Of a DNA stretch of 64,000 nt, positions 9,323 through 20,669 are shown in pieces (position 1 is the stretch's first letter; every line of letters begins with the position of its first letter). The notes under the pieces were generated by a model. That model saw nothing but the letters and a program-made list of their open reading frames with translations. It was not told the DNA's origin and did not search any database. This DNA is from an uncultured Methanomicrobiales archaeon. Its GTDB lineage: Archaea > Halobacteriota > Methanomicrobia > Methanomicrobiales > JACTUA01. The stretch covers positions 62,675-126,674 of the forward strand of contig CAVQHA010000003.1 in NCBI GenBank assembly GCA_963712215.1. Direction: 5' to 3'. The translations under genes were made by a program, and so were the position numbers.

Positions 9323-12063
9323 TCAGGCATGAAGGGCCTCCCGGATCGCCTGCATGGCGAGGGCGAGTGCTTCGCTGACTGCCGCCGCATCCGGCCCGCC
9401 GCCCTGTGCCCGCTTCGGGCTGCCTCCCCCCTTCCCTCCGAGGACGGCGCACACCCTTGCGACGAGGTCTGCGGCGCTCACGCCGTCCCTGCCCGATGCC
9501 CCTGCCACGTGGACCGGCCCGTTCCCGCCCGCGAGGATGGCAATCCCACCTTTTTCAGAGATCCTTGCAGCGAGGGCCACCAGGTCCTTCGGCGCGAGAT
9601 CGATGCGCCGTCACAAGGACCGGGATGCCCCCTATCATCTCGGGCTCGGCGGTCTTCGCCTCGAGTTCGGCGAGCCGCTCCCTGAGCCGCTCGATCTCCT
9701 TCCCCCGCTCCTTCCACTCGGTGAAGAACCGGGTGGCCGACGAGGGGAGGTTATCGGGCTGGACCGAGAGGTACACCCGATGCATCGGCGAGGAGCCGCT
9801 CGATCCGCTGCATCTGGTAGAGCGCTGCGATCCCGGCGGCGAACTCGATCCGTTCCACCCCGTCCTGGATATGCTCGACCCGGATGACCTTGATCGCCCC
9901 TACCTCGCCTGTCGAGTGGCAGTGGGTGCCTGCGCAGGCCTGTACCTCCCCGTCCACCTGGACCACCCGGATCTCCTTCCCCGGCGGGACGCCGCCCTGG
10001 TAGAGGTCGAACCCGAACTTCTGCTCGGCCTTGTCCCGGTCCTCCCACCGGATGTAGACCGGGAGGTCCATCATGACCATCCGGTTCGCCTCGACCTCGA
10101 TCTTCGAGAGCTCCTCGGGGGTGATGTGCTTGAAGTGACGGACGTCCAGCCGGGAGGACTCGCTCCCCTTCTGTGCCCCTGCCTGGTGGATATGGCTCCC
10201 GAGGACCACCTTTGCCGCATGGAGGAGGATGTGCGTGCCCGTGTGGTGGCGCATGAGGGAGAGCCGGCGCTCCTCGTCGAGTTTCCCCTTCACCCGCTCG
10301 CCCTTCTTGACGACCCCGCCCTTCGTCTGGTGGAGGATCGACCTCCCCGAGCTTGACCACCGACTCGACCCGGGAGATCCCTCCGGAGGTGACGAGGGTC
10401 CCCGTATCCGACGGCTGCCCCCCGCCCTCGGGATAGAAGAGGGTAGCGTCCATCACCGCGAACCCGTCGAAGTAATCGAGGACCGTAGCCTCGAACTCCA
10501 TCTCGCCCGTCGCTTCGTAGTAGAGCGGGCGGGTCGGCGGGAGCTCTTCGTCCGGTCCCGGTACTTCGCCATGGGGTCGTCGGCGGCATGCTCCTCGCCG
10601 GCATGGAGGTCCGCGATCCGGGAGTAGAAGTCGTCAGGGACCTCTGCGCCCGCGCCCTCCGCCGCCGCGAGATCCGCAACCATCTCCGGGGGAATGCCGT
10701 GGGAGTCATAGAGGGTGACGATCTCATCGAGGGGGATGGGCACGTTCTTCTTCCGGTAGCCTGCCGCTATCCGCTGGACGATCCTCGAGCCCCGTTCCAT
10801 GGTCTGCCGGTACCGTTCCACCTCGCGGTCGACGATCTCCCTGACAACCCTGTCCTCCTGGACGAAGCCCTCCTTCCCGATGATCGCCATCTGCCGGTCC
10901 ACGAGATCGGCTAGGTTGATCGAGAGGTTGAGGTCATGCACCATCCGGAGGGTGCGGCGGAGCACGAGCCGGGCGAGGTAGCCCTCCCTGACATTCGAGG
11001 GTACGATGCAGTCCCCGAGCATGTAGGCGAGGCAGCGGGTATGGTCGGCGATGGCATAGATCTTCTCCACCGGGACGATCTTCTCGGTGAGGACCTCAAC
11101 GGGGACCCGGATCGATGCCGCCACCTTCCTTCGTAACTCGGAAAGGTTCGAGCCATGGATGTCCATGAGCCCCGCGAACTTCGCGCTTTGCCCGAGGATC
11201 TTCCGGTATTCAGGGTCCCGGTAGGCATCACCGAGGCCGGCCGCTTCCATGAGGTCCGGGATAACCTCGGGGAAGACCGCGTCGTACACGGTAGGGGAGC
11301 CCTGGGAGGCCCATGCGAGCCGTTCGAGGCCGTAACCGGTGTCCACGATCCTCGTCTTCATCGGGTAGTAGTCCACACCGTCGAGCGTTACGGGGGGCTT
11401 CCCCGTGTTGATCCTCCCCAGGTTCATGAAGACCAGGGTCGCCACCTCGAGGCCGCCGATGAGCACCTCGACGCTCGGGCCCGCGTTCCCGCCGCCGATC
11501 CAGGGGTGCTCCTTGTAGGTGACCCGGGGCAGATCGGCGCCGATGGATGCGAGGAACTCGTCGCAGAGTTCTACCGTCCGGTCCTTCCAGTAGACCTCGT
11601 GCCCCTCGGTGTTGAAGGCATGGTGGGCCATCATCTCGAAGAGGGTGAGGTGCCGGCCCGACCTCCCCACCGAGTCGAGGTCATTGAGCCGGATGCAGGG
11701 CTGGGAGATGGTGAGGGGGTTTGCCGGCGGCGGGACGACGCCCGAGGTGACGAAGGGCTGGAAGTCGGCGATGGAGGCGATGGTGAGGTAGATATCTGCC
11801 CTCCACCGGGCCACGACCGGGTACCTGTCGATCCGGGCATGGCCGTTCCTCTCAAAGAAGGAGAGGAAGGCCTCCCGCATTTGTTCGAGGGTGTGGTGCC
11901 GGAAGACCGGGTCCCCGATGAAGTTGTAGGGCTCGCAGGGGGCGTCCCCGCAGAGGGTCCTCTCCGGGTCCCGGGTCCAGAAGGCCGACCCGCATGCGGT
12001 GCAGACCCTTCTCTCGAGCCCCTTGTCCCTGAAGTAATCGAGCAGGTACTCATCCTCGAGCAT
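9323..12063 (-). CDS. alaS: alanyl-tRNA synthetase (archaeal type), split by several frameshifts
   Basis: [47 protein letters not shown] and GGKGGG pieces across consecutive ORFs. Confidence 0.95.
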
Positions 12064-12111
12064 GAAAACCCACGGTTCCTTAACGATCTTCGCGATGCTC
12101 CGATAAAAACC

Positions 12112-12444
12112 TCATGCCTCGCGGTTCTCCTGCTTCCAGCTGTCCTGGTACCAGAGGGGGAACTCCTCGTACTGCCCCGTGAGGGCCGCGATACGGACGG
12201 CGATGACATGGGAGCACTCCCCCCTGCGGAAGAGGGCGTCGCTGCAGGTGCAGAACTCCTCCTCGACCACGTACTCGTCGGAGCTCCCGACCACGACGAA
12301 GAAGTCCAGGTACTTCTTCACCCGCCCTTCGTCCACGATCTCGAGTGCCTTCACTCCCCTCTGCCCGTACCGCTCCCCGATGAGCCTCCGGATCTCGGGG
12401 GTGAGCTTCTTCTCCTTCTCGAGGACCTTCCAGGGATCGGTCAT
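12112..12444 (-). CDS. SWIM zinc finger protein
   Basis: CTCSD...CSHVIA motif; ATGA overlap with upstream gene. Confidence 0.85.
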   Translation of the reverse strand: MTDPWKVLEKEKKLTPEIRRLIGERYGQRGVKALEIVDEGRVKKYLDFFVVVGSSDEYVVEEEFCTCSDALFRRGECSHVIAVRIAALTGQYEEFPLWYQDSWKQENREA

Positions 12445-13148
12445 GGGACGTTTCTGACTTCGGGCGGGTCGTCGATGAACTGCCACCCCATCTGAGAGGC
12501 GATCCGCCTCATCCCGGGCGCCTCGAGTGCGTAGTGGGTTGCCTCGATGCAGGGGATGGGGGCAGAGAGTGCGACATGGTGCTTCATCTCTGCAGAGAGG
12601 AAGGCATCCGCCCCCCTGTATGCCGCTTCAAGGATCAGGTCGGGATCAAAGCCGCTCCCCCCGACGATCGCGAGCCGGGAGAGTTTCTTGATCCTGCCCC
12701 ATACCCGCACCGGTCCCCCAAGGCGGCGGGCCAGCTCCGCGAGGTCGAGGGAGCATTCCCCGACAAGCCCCATCTTCATCGCCTCGGTGTCCCGAAGGCC
12801 GAGCAGCTCGGCGAGTGCGTCGTTGATGCCGCGGGGGGCCCGGTCGAAGTTCGTGTGCATGACAAAGACATTCACCCGGTTCGCGAGGAGGGGCGCAAGG
12901 AGGCTGCCCAGCGGGCCGGTGAGGGAGGTGACCGGTTCCCAGAGGGGCGTATGGTGGACCACGAGCATTCCTGCCCCGGACTCAACGGTCCGGGCAACGA
13001 CCCGGGGGGTGACGTCGAGCGCCGTGCAGATATCCCCGACATCCGTCCTTCCCTCGATGATGAGGCCGATCCTTCCCGCATCCTCGGCGTCCGCGAGCTC
13101 CCTCGGGGCGAGGGCCTCGAGTTCCCTGATGATGCCATCCCTCTGCAT
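12441..13148 (-). CDS. Nif3-like dinuclear metal-center protein
   Basis: ALDVT, VVHHTPLW, HTNFD, EMKHH, ATHYALE motifs. Confidence 0.9.
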   Translation of the reverse strand: MQRDGIIRELEALAPRELADAEDAGRIGLIIEGRTDVGDICTALDVTPRVVARTVESGAGMLVVHHTPLWEPVTSLTGPLGSLLAPLLANRVNVFVMHTNFDRAPRGINDALAELLGLRDTEAMKMGLVGECSLDLAELARRLGGPVRVWGRIKKLSRLAIVGGSGFDPDLILEAAYRGADAFLSAEMKHHVALSAPIPCIEATHYALEAPGMRRIASQMGWQFIDDPPEVRNVP

Positions 13149-13239
13149 ACATACCCGTATGCCGGCGGGGCATATAGCGGCATTTATTACTGTGGATAAT
13201 ACAAAACCTTAATATTTATTCGCGGGAAAGGGTATGGGC

Positions 13240-14749
13240 ATGGAGAAGTCCATCGAGCTCGATCAATACACGGATCCGCGAAGGGAACGCCCGCGTGGTC
13301 ACCGCCGAGGAGATGCCCGGGATCGTCGCCGAGCTGGGCGAGGAGCGGGCCCTCGCCGAGGTCGACGTGGTCACCACAGGCACCTTCGGCGCCATGTGCT
13401 CGACCGGGGCCTTCCTCAACTTCGGCCACTCCGACCCGCCCATCCGGATGTCGCAGGTCTTCCTGAACGACGTCGAGGCATACGGGGGGGTCGCAGCGGT
13501 GGACGCGTACCTCGGGGCGACCCAGCAGTCTGTCACCCGGGGGATGGAGTACGGCGGGGCGCATGTCCTCGAAGACTTCGTGGCAGGGAAGCGGGTCGAG
13601 CTCCGGGCCCTCTCCCCGGGGACAGACTGCTACCCCCGGCGCGAGCTCACCACCGAGCTCATCCTCGAGGACCTGAACCAGGCGATCATGGTGAACCCGA
13701 GGAACGCCTACCAGCGGTACAACGCGGCCACCAACTCCACCGACCGCACCATCCAGACCTACATGGGGATGCTCCTCCCGTCCTGCGGGAACATCACCTA
13801 CTCGGGGGCGGGCGTCCTCTCGCCCCTCTCCAACGACCCCTCCTTCCACGTCATCGGGAGCGGCGTCCCCATCTTCCTCGCCGGGGCACCGGGCATGATC
13901 ATCGGCGAAGGGACCCAGCACTCGCCGGGGAAGGGGTTCGGGACCCTCATGGTAACCGCGGACATGAAGGAGATGTCCCAGGAGTACCTGCGGGCGGCCA
14001 CGATGACAGGCTATGGGGTAACCATGTACATCGGGGTCGGGGTCCCTCTCCCGGTCATCGACCTCAATGTCGTCAAATCCACGGCGGTACGGGACGAGGA
14101 CATCAGGGTGAATGTCATCGACTACGGCATCCCCTCCCGCGACCGCCCGTCGCTCAGGGAGGTCACGTATGCCGATCTCAAGACCGGGAGTATCGAGATA
14201 CGCGGGGAGATGGTAAAGACATCCTCGCTCTCGAGCTTCCGTCGGGCCCGGGGGGTCGCCCTGGAGCTGAAGAAGTGGGTGGAGACAGGGAAGATGACCA
14301 TGTCCCTGCCTACGCGGAAGATCAGTGCGACCAGGCTCGCGAGGCCCATGCGCGAGACGGCCCGGGTGCCCCGGGTCCAGGACATCATGGACAGGAACAT
14401 CTACTCGGTCTCTGACGAGGATGAGATCAGGGAGGCGGCCAAGAGGCTCCTGAAAGGGGATACCAACCACCTGGTGGTCCTCGATAAGGAGGGGAAGCTC
14501 CTCGGGATCATCACGACGTACGACCTCTCCAAGGCCATCGCCCGGCCCGGCAGGGCGAAGAAGGTGAGGGACATCATGACAACGAAGGTGATCACGACCA
14601 ACCTGGACGAGCACGTCGATATCGTCGCCCGGAAGCTCGAACACTACAACGTGAGCGCGCTTCCTGTCGTCGACCCGGATGAGAAGGTGCTCGGGATGCT
14701 CACGGCGATCAACCTCGGGAAGCTCTTCGGCGGGAGGTGGCTGAAATGA
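13240..14749 (+). CDS. L-aspartate semialdehyde sulfurtransferase (DUF39 + CBS; MA1821-like homocysteine biosynthesis), frameshift near 13260
   Basis: VVTAEE, VDVVTTGTFGAMCSTGAFLNFGHSDPPIRM, TDCYPR, NPRNAYQRY, C-terminal CBS pair. Confidence 0.9.
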
Positions 14750-15138
14750 AGCTCCTGGTCACCTTCTCGAGGAGGAAGGGGTACGAGCCGATCATCGCGA
14801 AGGCGGTGAAGGAGACCGGTGTCCTCATCCGGGTCGACCGGGCCCACATCGACTCCTCGGGCGGGGAGGTCCTCATCGATGTGCCCGAGGAGAGCTGCAG
14901 GCTTGTATCCGAGAAGATGGGGTCCCTCGGCGCGGCGGTGAAGATCCTCGAGCACCCCGTGGTGAGGGACGAGGACGAGTGTGTCGACTGCGGGGCATGT
15001 ATCAGCGTCTGCCCGAGGGAGGTCTTCACCTTCGACGGGGAGTGGCGCCTCGTCATGGAGGTGGAGAAGTGCGTCCTCTGCGGGAAGTGCATCGACGCCT
15101 GCCCCCACGACGCCCTCTCGCAGCAGGTGCCGGGCTGA
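14746..15138 (+). CDS. NIL-domain 2x[4Fe-4S] ferredoxin (MA1822-like)
   Basis: CVDCGACISVCP and CVLCGKCIDACP; translationally coupled to the DUF39 gene. Confidence 0.9.
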   Translation: MKLLVTFSRRKGYEPIIAKAVKETGVLIRVDRAHIDSSGGEVLIDVPEESCRLVSEKMGSLGAAVKILEHPVVRDEDECVDCGACISVCPREVFTFDGEWRLVMEVEKCVLCGKCIDACPHDALSQQVPG

Positions 15139-15192
15139 AAAGACCATCCTTCCTGCGCCGGTTCATTTCGGGAAACGCGGCAGGGAGTGGGA

Positions 15193-16251
15193 TCAACCCT
15201 CCCGGTTTTCCACCCACCGCGACAGGCTCCCCAGCCTCCTGAATGCCTCGAGCATGGGGAGGCCGATACCCGAACGCCGGGCATTCCGGTAAAACCTCCA
15301 CCTGTCCCGGATCCTCGGCCCTGCCTTCCCCTTCCGCGAGAGGAGGTAATCAAGGGTTTCCCGCTCCTTCCTCATCCAGGCGAAGCGGGCCAGGACGGAC
15401 CTGGCATATTCCTCCGGACGGAGCCAGGAGTCCGCGAGCATCCTGGCACACTCCAGGGAATATGCGATACCTTCCCCGGTAAAGGGCGATACCGTTCCTA
15501 TCGCTTCACCAATCCCGACGACGAGCTGGGGATCCCCGTCATTCCGGGTCCTCCTCAGAAAAAACGGGGTGGAATAATACGGGGAGGCGACCCGGACGGA
15601 CCCGCTGCAGCCGCAGAGCGGAGTAAAGGAAAATCCTCCGGCCGATTCACGGTAAAACCGTTCCAGGAGGCTCCCGTGGCTGGCGAGGCCGATGCCACCG
15701 ATGCCGATATGATACTCGTCGTTCCCGAGGGGGAATATCCAGAGGTACCCGAGACCAGGGACATCGTTTCCGAACACCCCGACCTTCATTCGTCCGCCGT
15801 CCTTCGGTTTGACGGCAACCCGGTGCTGCAGCGTCGGCAATGTCAGGTCCGACCTGCACGGGGGCAGGAACGACCGGGCGACCCCGGTCGCATCCACCAC
15901 GACATCATAGTCCCCCGCCTTCTCCGGCCCCAGGTTGCATCGTTTCAGCCCGGCCTCTCCCGCGAGATCCCGGAGAAGGCGTGGCTTGTCGATGGTAGAG
16001 AGGGGCGTCTCTGCCATGAGGCCGTCGAAGTTCATGGAGGACATGGATCCGATCAGGTACTCGTCCAGGTCGAGGCCGACCCCGGCAAGACAGGGCCTGA
16101 TACCCTCGGGCACCCCCCATCCACATGAGCGGTACCCGCACCGGGTGCCATGATCCATGCCATCAAAGACGTCCGGTGAGATCCCCCTTTGCCCGAGGAG
16201 CCGTGCCAGGTATCCACCGGCGATCCCTGCCCCCGCTATCGCCACCTTCAT
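15193..16251 (-). CDS. FAD-dependent oxidoreductase, geranylgeranyl reductase-like
   Basis: VAIAGAGIAGG Rossmann, SCGWG, VVDATG, GYLWIFP, IGEAIGTVSPFTGEGI. Confidence 0.8.
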   Translation of the reverse strand: MKVAIAGAGIAGGYLARLLGQRGISPDVFDGMDHGTRCGYRSCGWGVPEGIRPCLAGVGLDLDEYLIGSMSSMNFDGLMAETPLSTIDKPRLLRDLAGEAGLKRCNLGPEKAGDYDVVVDATGVARSFLPPCRSDLTLPTLQHRVAVKPKDGGRMKVGVFGNDVPGLGYLWIFPLGNDEYHIGIGGIGLASHGSLLERFYRESAGGFSFTPLCGCSGSVRVASPYYSTPFFLRRTRNDGDPQLVVGIGEAIGTVSPFTGEGIAYSLECARMLADSWLRPEEYARSVLARFAWMRKERETLDYLLSRKGKAGPRIRDRWRFYRNARRSGIGLPMLEAFRRLGSLSRWVENREG

Positions 16252-17261
16252 CCTATCCCCCCGAACGCCACCAGGACGACGGTGATGGCGAGCGCATGCA
16301 CTAGGGATGCCCCGACCTGCTGCAGCATGATCCGGTGCGCCCGCATCTCGAAGTCGGGAAAGACGGAGAAGAGAGCACGGGTGCAGAGCTGGTCGATCCT
16401 CGCCCCATGGACCGTGTTGATCCCCGCGATGAGGGCCGTGACAAGGATGAGGATATACGCGAGCCCCATGTTCCCCAGGACGAGGGTCAGGGGGTAGAGC
16501 ATCAAAACAGACGTGAGGAGAGTGACGATCCCGTAGATGGTCGAGTGGGGGACCTCGGGATGCTGCACGGAGGAGGTATATTTCCCGCCGAGCCGGTCGG
16601 AGTTCACGTCGCGGCGCATCATCGATACCACGAAGCAGGTGACCGTGAGACCGTGGAGCAGCGACAGGACCAGGGCGAGGAGGGAGAAGATGCCGGTCGC
16701 GGCATAGACGAGCGTCACCGTCACCCCGACAACCAGCCAGGGGAAGATATACCACTCGGTGAACCGCCCGTACGCGAGGGCGAAGCGGGGGTGATTATAC
16801 CCGTAATCGAAGAAAAAGCCGATGACGAACAAAAACGGGATGAACATCCGCTGTATCGTGAGGTCGGCGGCGAGGACCACCACGAGGACCGTGATGATCG
16901 CCGAGAGGACTTTATATTCCCCGACGGTGGCCCACCCGAGGACGAGGGGGCGATCCCTTCCTGTCTCGCTGCTCTTCTCCTGCCGGTCGACTTCCAGGTC
17001 CATGATATCGTTCCAGAGATGGGCATCGACGTGGACGAGGACGGCCGCGGTAACCCCGACGAGAAAGAGGCCCCAGTCGGCGCCCTTTAGACCGACCTCC
17101 CACAGGGTGACGACAAACCCGAGGAGGATTGCACACCCCGTAAAGGGGAGAAGCCCCTCTATCCGCAGGATGCGGGAGACGGTGTGGAGAAAGGAAACGT
17201 TCCCTGCCCTCACACCGGAAAACCCCGTGCCCGGGACCGGTTCCGTCGTTTCGAAGGTCAT
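16248..17261 (-). CDS. UbiA/MenA-family prenyltransferase
   Basis: NDIMDLEVD and RDVNSDRLGGKYT Asp-rich motifs, RPL motif, multiple TM helices; start uncertain (up to 17336). Confidence 0.85.
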   Translation of the reverse strand: MTFETTEPVPGTGFSGVRAGNVSFLHTVSRILRIEGLLPFTGCAILLGFVVTLWEVGLKGADWGLFLVGVTAAVLVHVDAHLWNDIMDLEVDRQEKSSETGRDRPLVLGWATVGEYKVLSAIITVLVVVLAADLTIQRMFIPFLFVIGFFFDYGYNHPRFALAYGRFTEWYIFPWLVVGVTVTLVYAATGIFSLLALVLSLLHGLTVTCFVVSMMRRDVNSDRLGGKYTSSVQHPEVPHSTIYGIVTLLTSVLMLYPLTLVLGNMGLAYILILVTALIAGINTVHGARIDQLCTRALFSVFPDFEMRAHRIMLQQVGASLVHALAITVVLVAFGGIG

Positions 17262-17569
17262 GGACACCTGCCGCGGATACCCGCGGCGAGTGAGGCGCTC
17301 CCGTGAAAGCACGGGAGGCCCCGTTCGCATTGCCATACATCGCAGGCCGGCTTATAATAACTTCCCTGAACGGCAAATATTGAAACGGATTTCAGGGTTA
17401 TCTCCCTTCCGCGAGGCTGGCTCTCAGGATCGGCCCTGGAAGAGGAGTTCCTCCCCCGGAAGATGGATCTTCGGCGGGGGCAACCCGTATTCACCCGGCA
17501 GGATATCCCGCCATTCCGGGGAACTTCAGATCTCGGGAACCCGGGGGATAAGTCCCCGTCAGGCTGTGA

Positions 17570-19059
17570 TCACCTGGCCCTTCCCTTCGGGCTATCGTTC
17601 GTGATCCCCCGTGCAACAATCTGCGACGAGATAAGGGTCATGGGGACACCGATGCCCGGGATGGGTGTACTGGCCGGTATAGTAAAGGTTCTTCACCTTC
17701 CTGCTCTGGTGTGAGGGGCGGAAGAGGGCGGTCTGCCAGAGGGTGTGGGAGAGGCCGAGGGCGGTCCCCCGGAAGGCATTGTACCGGTCCCGGAAGTCGT
17801 TCAGGGAGAAGATCTTCTTGACTGCGATCGAATCCCGGATCTTCTCCCCTGTCGATCGCTCTAAGTGATCCAGGATCAGGTTGTAGAACCGCTCCCGGAT
17901 CGCCGGCGTATCGGGGAGGCCAGGTGCAAGGAGAGCGAGGATGATGAGGGTATCGCAGCCCTCGGGGGCGGCAGTGGTGTCGGTCCGGGAGGGCACGTTT
18001 ACGTAGTATGAGGGATGGTCGGGCCAGGCCGCCCGCTTCGGGTCGAAGATCAGGTCAAAGCCCTTCTCCCAGTTCATGTCCAGGAAGATGGTGTGGTGGG
18101 CGAGCCCCCGGACCTTCTTCCTCACCCCGAGGTAGCAGACGAAGGCGGATGGGGCAAGGATCCGCTTCTCCCAGTAGTCCGCGGGGAAGGAACGGTACTC
18201 CTCGTCCAGGAGCTGCATTTCCGAGTAGGCATAATCGGCGTTCACGAGGACGATATCGGCCGGGTAGCATCCCCGGGCCGTTGTCACCCCGTGGGCCCGC
18301 CCGTCTTCAACATCGATCTTTGTCACCGGCTCGTTGAAGAGGAACTTCACCCCGTGGGAGAGGGCGAGGTCGCGGATGGCGTAGGCGACCCGCCGGATAC
18401 CGCCGTCGGGATACCACACCCCCCGGGTGAGGTCGGTGTGGGAGAGGACATGGTAGAGGGACGGGGTGTTCTGGGGTGACCCGCCCAGGAAGCCGATGGA
18501 GTACTCGACGATCTTCCTCGCCCGGTCGCTCTCGAAGTACCGGTTCACGAAGGTCTCCAGGTTCTCGAAGAGGTGGATGCTCGCCTCCTGCACGAGTATC
18601 CGCCTGTCCAGGAAGTCGAAGAGGGTGCGGTAGTCCCGGTAGAGCAGCTCGCGGCGGGCGAGGTCGGACTTCTCCCTCGCGGAGACGAGGTAGTTCCTGA
18701 GCTTCTGCGCCCCGTTCGTCTCCAGTGCGTCGAAGAGGGCGTAGGTCTTTCTCAGGTCCGCAGGGATGTCGAGGGTACCTCCGCCCCCAAAGTAGACGCG
18801 GTAGCTGGGGTCGAGCCTGCGGGAGCTCGTAGAAGTCCGAGGGCTTCTTCCCGAACTCGGCGAAGAACCGCTCGAAGACATCGGGCATGATGTACCAGGA
18901 GGGGCCCATGTCGAAGGTGAACCCGCCTTCGCTGAACACCCCCGCCCTCCCGCCGATCTGCTCGTTCTTCTCGATGACCGTGACCCCGTGGCCGTCCCGT
19001 GCGAGGAGCGCTGCCGCTGCGAGCCCGCCGAAACCGGATCCGATGACAACTACCTTCAC
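17570..19059 (-). CDS. phytoene desaturase (CrtI)-family FAD oxidoreductase, frameshifts near 18820 and 17657
   Basis: IGSGFGGLAAA, GGRAG, FDMGPSW, WYPDGG, GTALGLSHTLWQTALFRP; YTGQYTHPGIGVPM after frame repair. Confidence 0.9.
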
Positions 19060-19209
19060 GGGGCCTCCCTCGGGGATGGGAAAGAACCGGCCCTCCAGGA
19101 ACGCGGGATCGGCGCCCGGTTCATCCCGTCCCGCGGTGCCTCAAGAACCTAGAGATTAATCTGCGACGAGGTATAAAAAAGATTGGGGGGATATTTGGGG
19201 AGACCAGGA

Positions 19210-19810
19210 CTAGAAGAAGATCTCCCCGCTCGGGAACCGGACCTTCGGTCCCGGTTTGTCCGCGGCGTAGCCCACCGGGCAGAGCATCGTGGGGACGAGG
19301 TTCGACGGGAGGGCGAGGATCCGAGAGTACTCCTTCGGGTCGAACCCGCCCATGGGGCAGGAGTCGAGCCCGAGGGACTTCGCCCCGTTCACGGCGTTTC
19401 CCATGGCGAGGTAGACATGGTGCTGCGCCATGGCGAGCTGTGCTTCCGGGGGGACCTTCAGGAAGTAATCCCGTGCCATCCCCATCACCCTCTTTGCGAT
19501 GTCTTCGGGCATCTTCGCCTGGTTCAGCAGGCTCTCGAGTCTCCCGAGAAGCCCCGCGAAATCGGTATTCGCGCAGAAGACGAGGAGGTGAGAACAGACT
19601 CGTGACCTGCTCCTGGCCGAAGGTCGCGGGCTTCAGCTGTTCCTTCACTTTCGGGTCGGTGACGACCTTGATCTTCCAGGGCTGGATATTCAGCGCCGAC
19701 GGTGCGAACCTGATCAGCTCGTACAGCTCTTTCATCTTCGGTTCCGGCACCTTCCGGCCATCGAACTTCTTCGTCGCGTACCGGCTCATGACAATATCCT
19801 TGAACTCCAT
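19210..19810 (-). CDS. nitroreductase family protein, frameshift near 19597
   Basis: RYATKKFD, APSALNIQPW, LGLDSCPMGGFD, VGY motifs. Confidence 0.9.
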
Positions 19811-19877
19811 CCGTTATCACTCCGAAAACAGAGAGTGAATGCGCTACGGGGGTATTAACATTATTCCCGTGGCACCT

Positions 19878-20669
19878 TCACTCGTTGAACTTCCGGTAGA
19901 GATAGTTCCCGAAGACCTGGAACGCGACGGTGAAGGCAACGAGAACGAGGATATCAAGGAACGGGCTGAGGTGGCTTACCCCGTTATACCCGAACCTGAT
20001 CAGGTCGCTCGTGTAGGTGAGGGGCGAGAAGAATGCCACAGCCTGCCCCCACAAGGGGAGGGAACTGAGGGGGATGAAGACCCCCGAGAGGAAAATGAGG
20101 GGGAACCGGATGAGGTTTAAGATCGACATCACCTCGCCGACATTCTCGGTCGGGTAGGAGGCGACGAGGGTCCCCATCGAGGAGAAGCAGAGGGAGGAGA
20201 GGAAGAGGACGACGATGAGGGCGACCGGCGAGACGATCAGGTTCCCGAAGAAGAGGACCCCGATGACGAGGGGGATAAGGGCAATCGCAACGCTGTAGAG
20301 GGTCCCGCTGATGCTCTCGCCGAGGACGAGTGCCTGGAGGGAGATGGGCGCCGAGATGAGCCGGTCGAAGGTCTTCATCCGCCGCTCGATGGGGATGGAG
20401 ACCGGCTCGATCGAGGACGCCGAGAAGAGGACGGTGATTGCGAGGAGGCCGGGGATAAGGGCCCCGAGCTGGGCGACCTCCGAGGATCCACCCGCCGGTG
20501 CCGTACCGCCGCCGATCGTCCCGATCGCGAAGGCGAGGAACATGAAGAGAGGGAAGAGGATCCCCGAGACGATGATGTTCGGCCGCAGGTAGTAGATGAC
20601 CATATCCTTCCGGGCGATGGCCCACGCCGCCATGAGATCGAGGGGGACCTGCCTGAGCCTCGCTCTCAT
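19878..20669 (-). CDS. ABC-2 type exporter permease
   Basis: ERRMKTFDRLISAP, FLSGVFIP, SPLTY; six TM helices. Confidence 0.9.
   Translation of the reverse strand: MRARLRQVPLDLMAAWAIARKDMVIYYLRPNIIVSGILFPLFMFLAFAIGTIGGGTAPAGGSSEVAQLGALIPGLLAITVLFSASSIEPVSIPIERRMKTFDRLISAPISLQALVLGESISGTLYSVAIALIPLVIGVLFFGNLIVSPVALIVVLFLSSLCFSSMGTLVASYPTENVGEVMSILNLIRFPLIFLSGVFIPLSSLPLWGQAVAFFSPLTYTSDLIRFGYNGVSHLSPFLDILVLVAFTVAFQVFGNYLYRKFNE

Noticed and set aside
13240-15138. DUF39-CBS plus NIL-ferredoxin pair as a novel system
   Set aside because: Matches the already described methanogen homocysteine biosynthesis pair (MA1821/MA1822 type)
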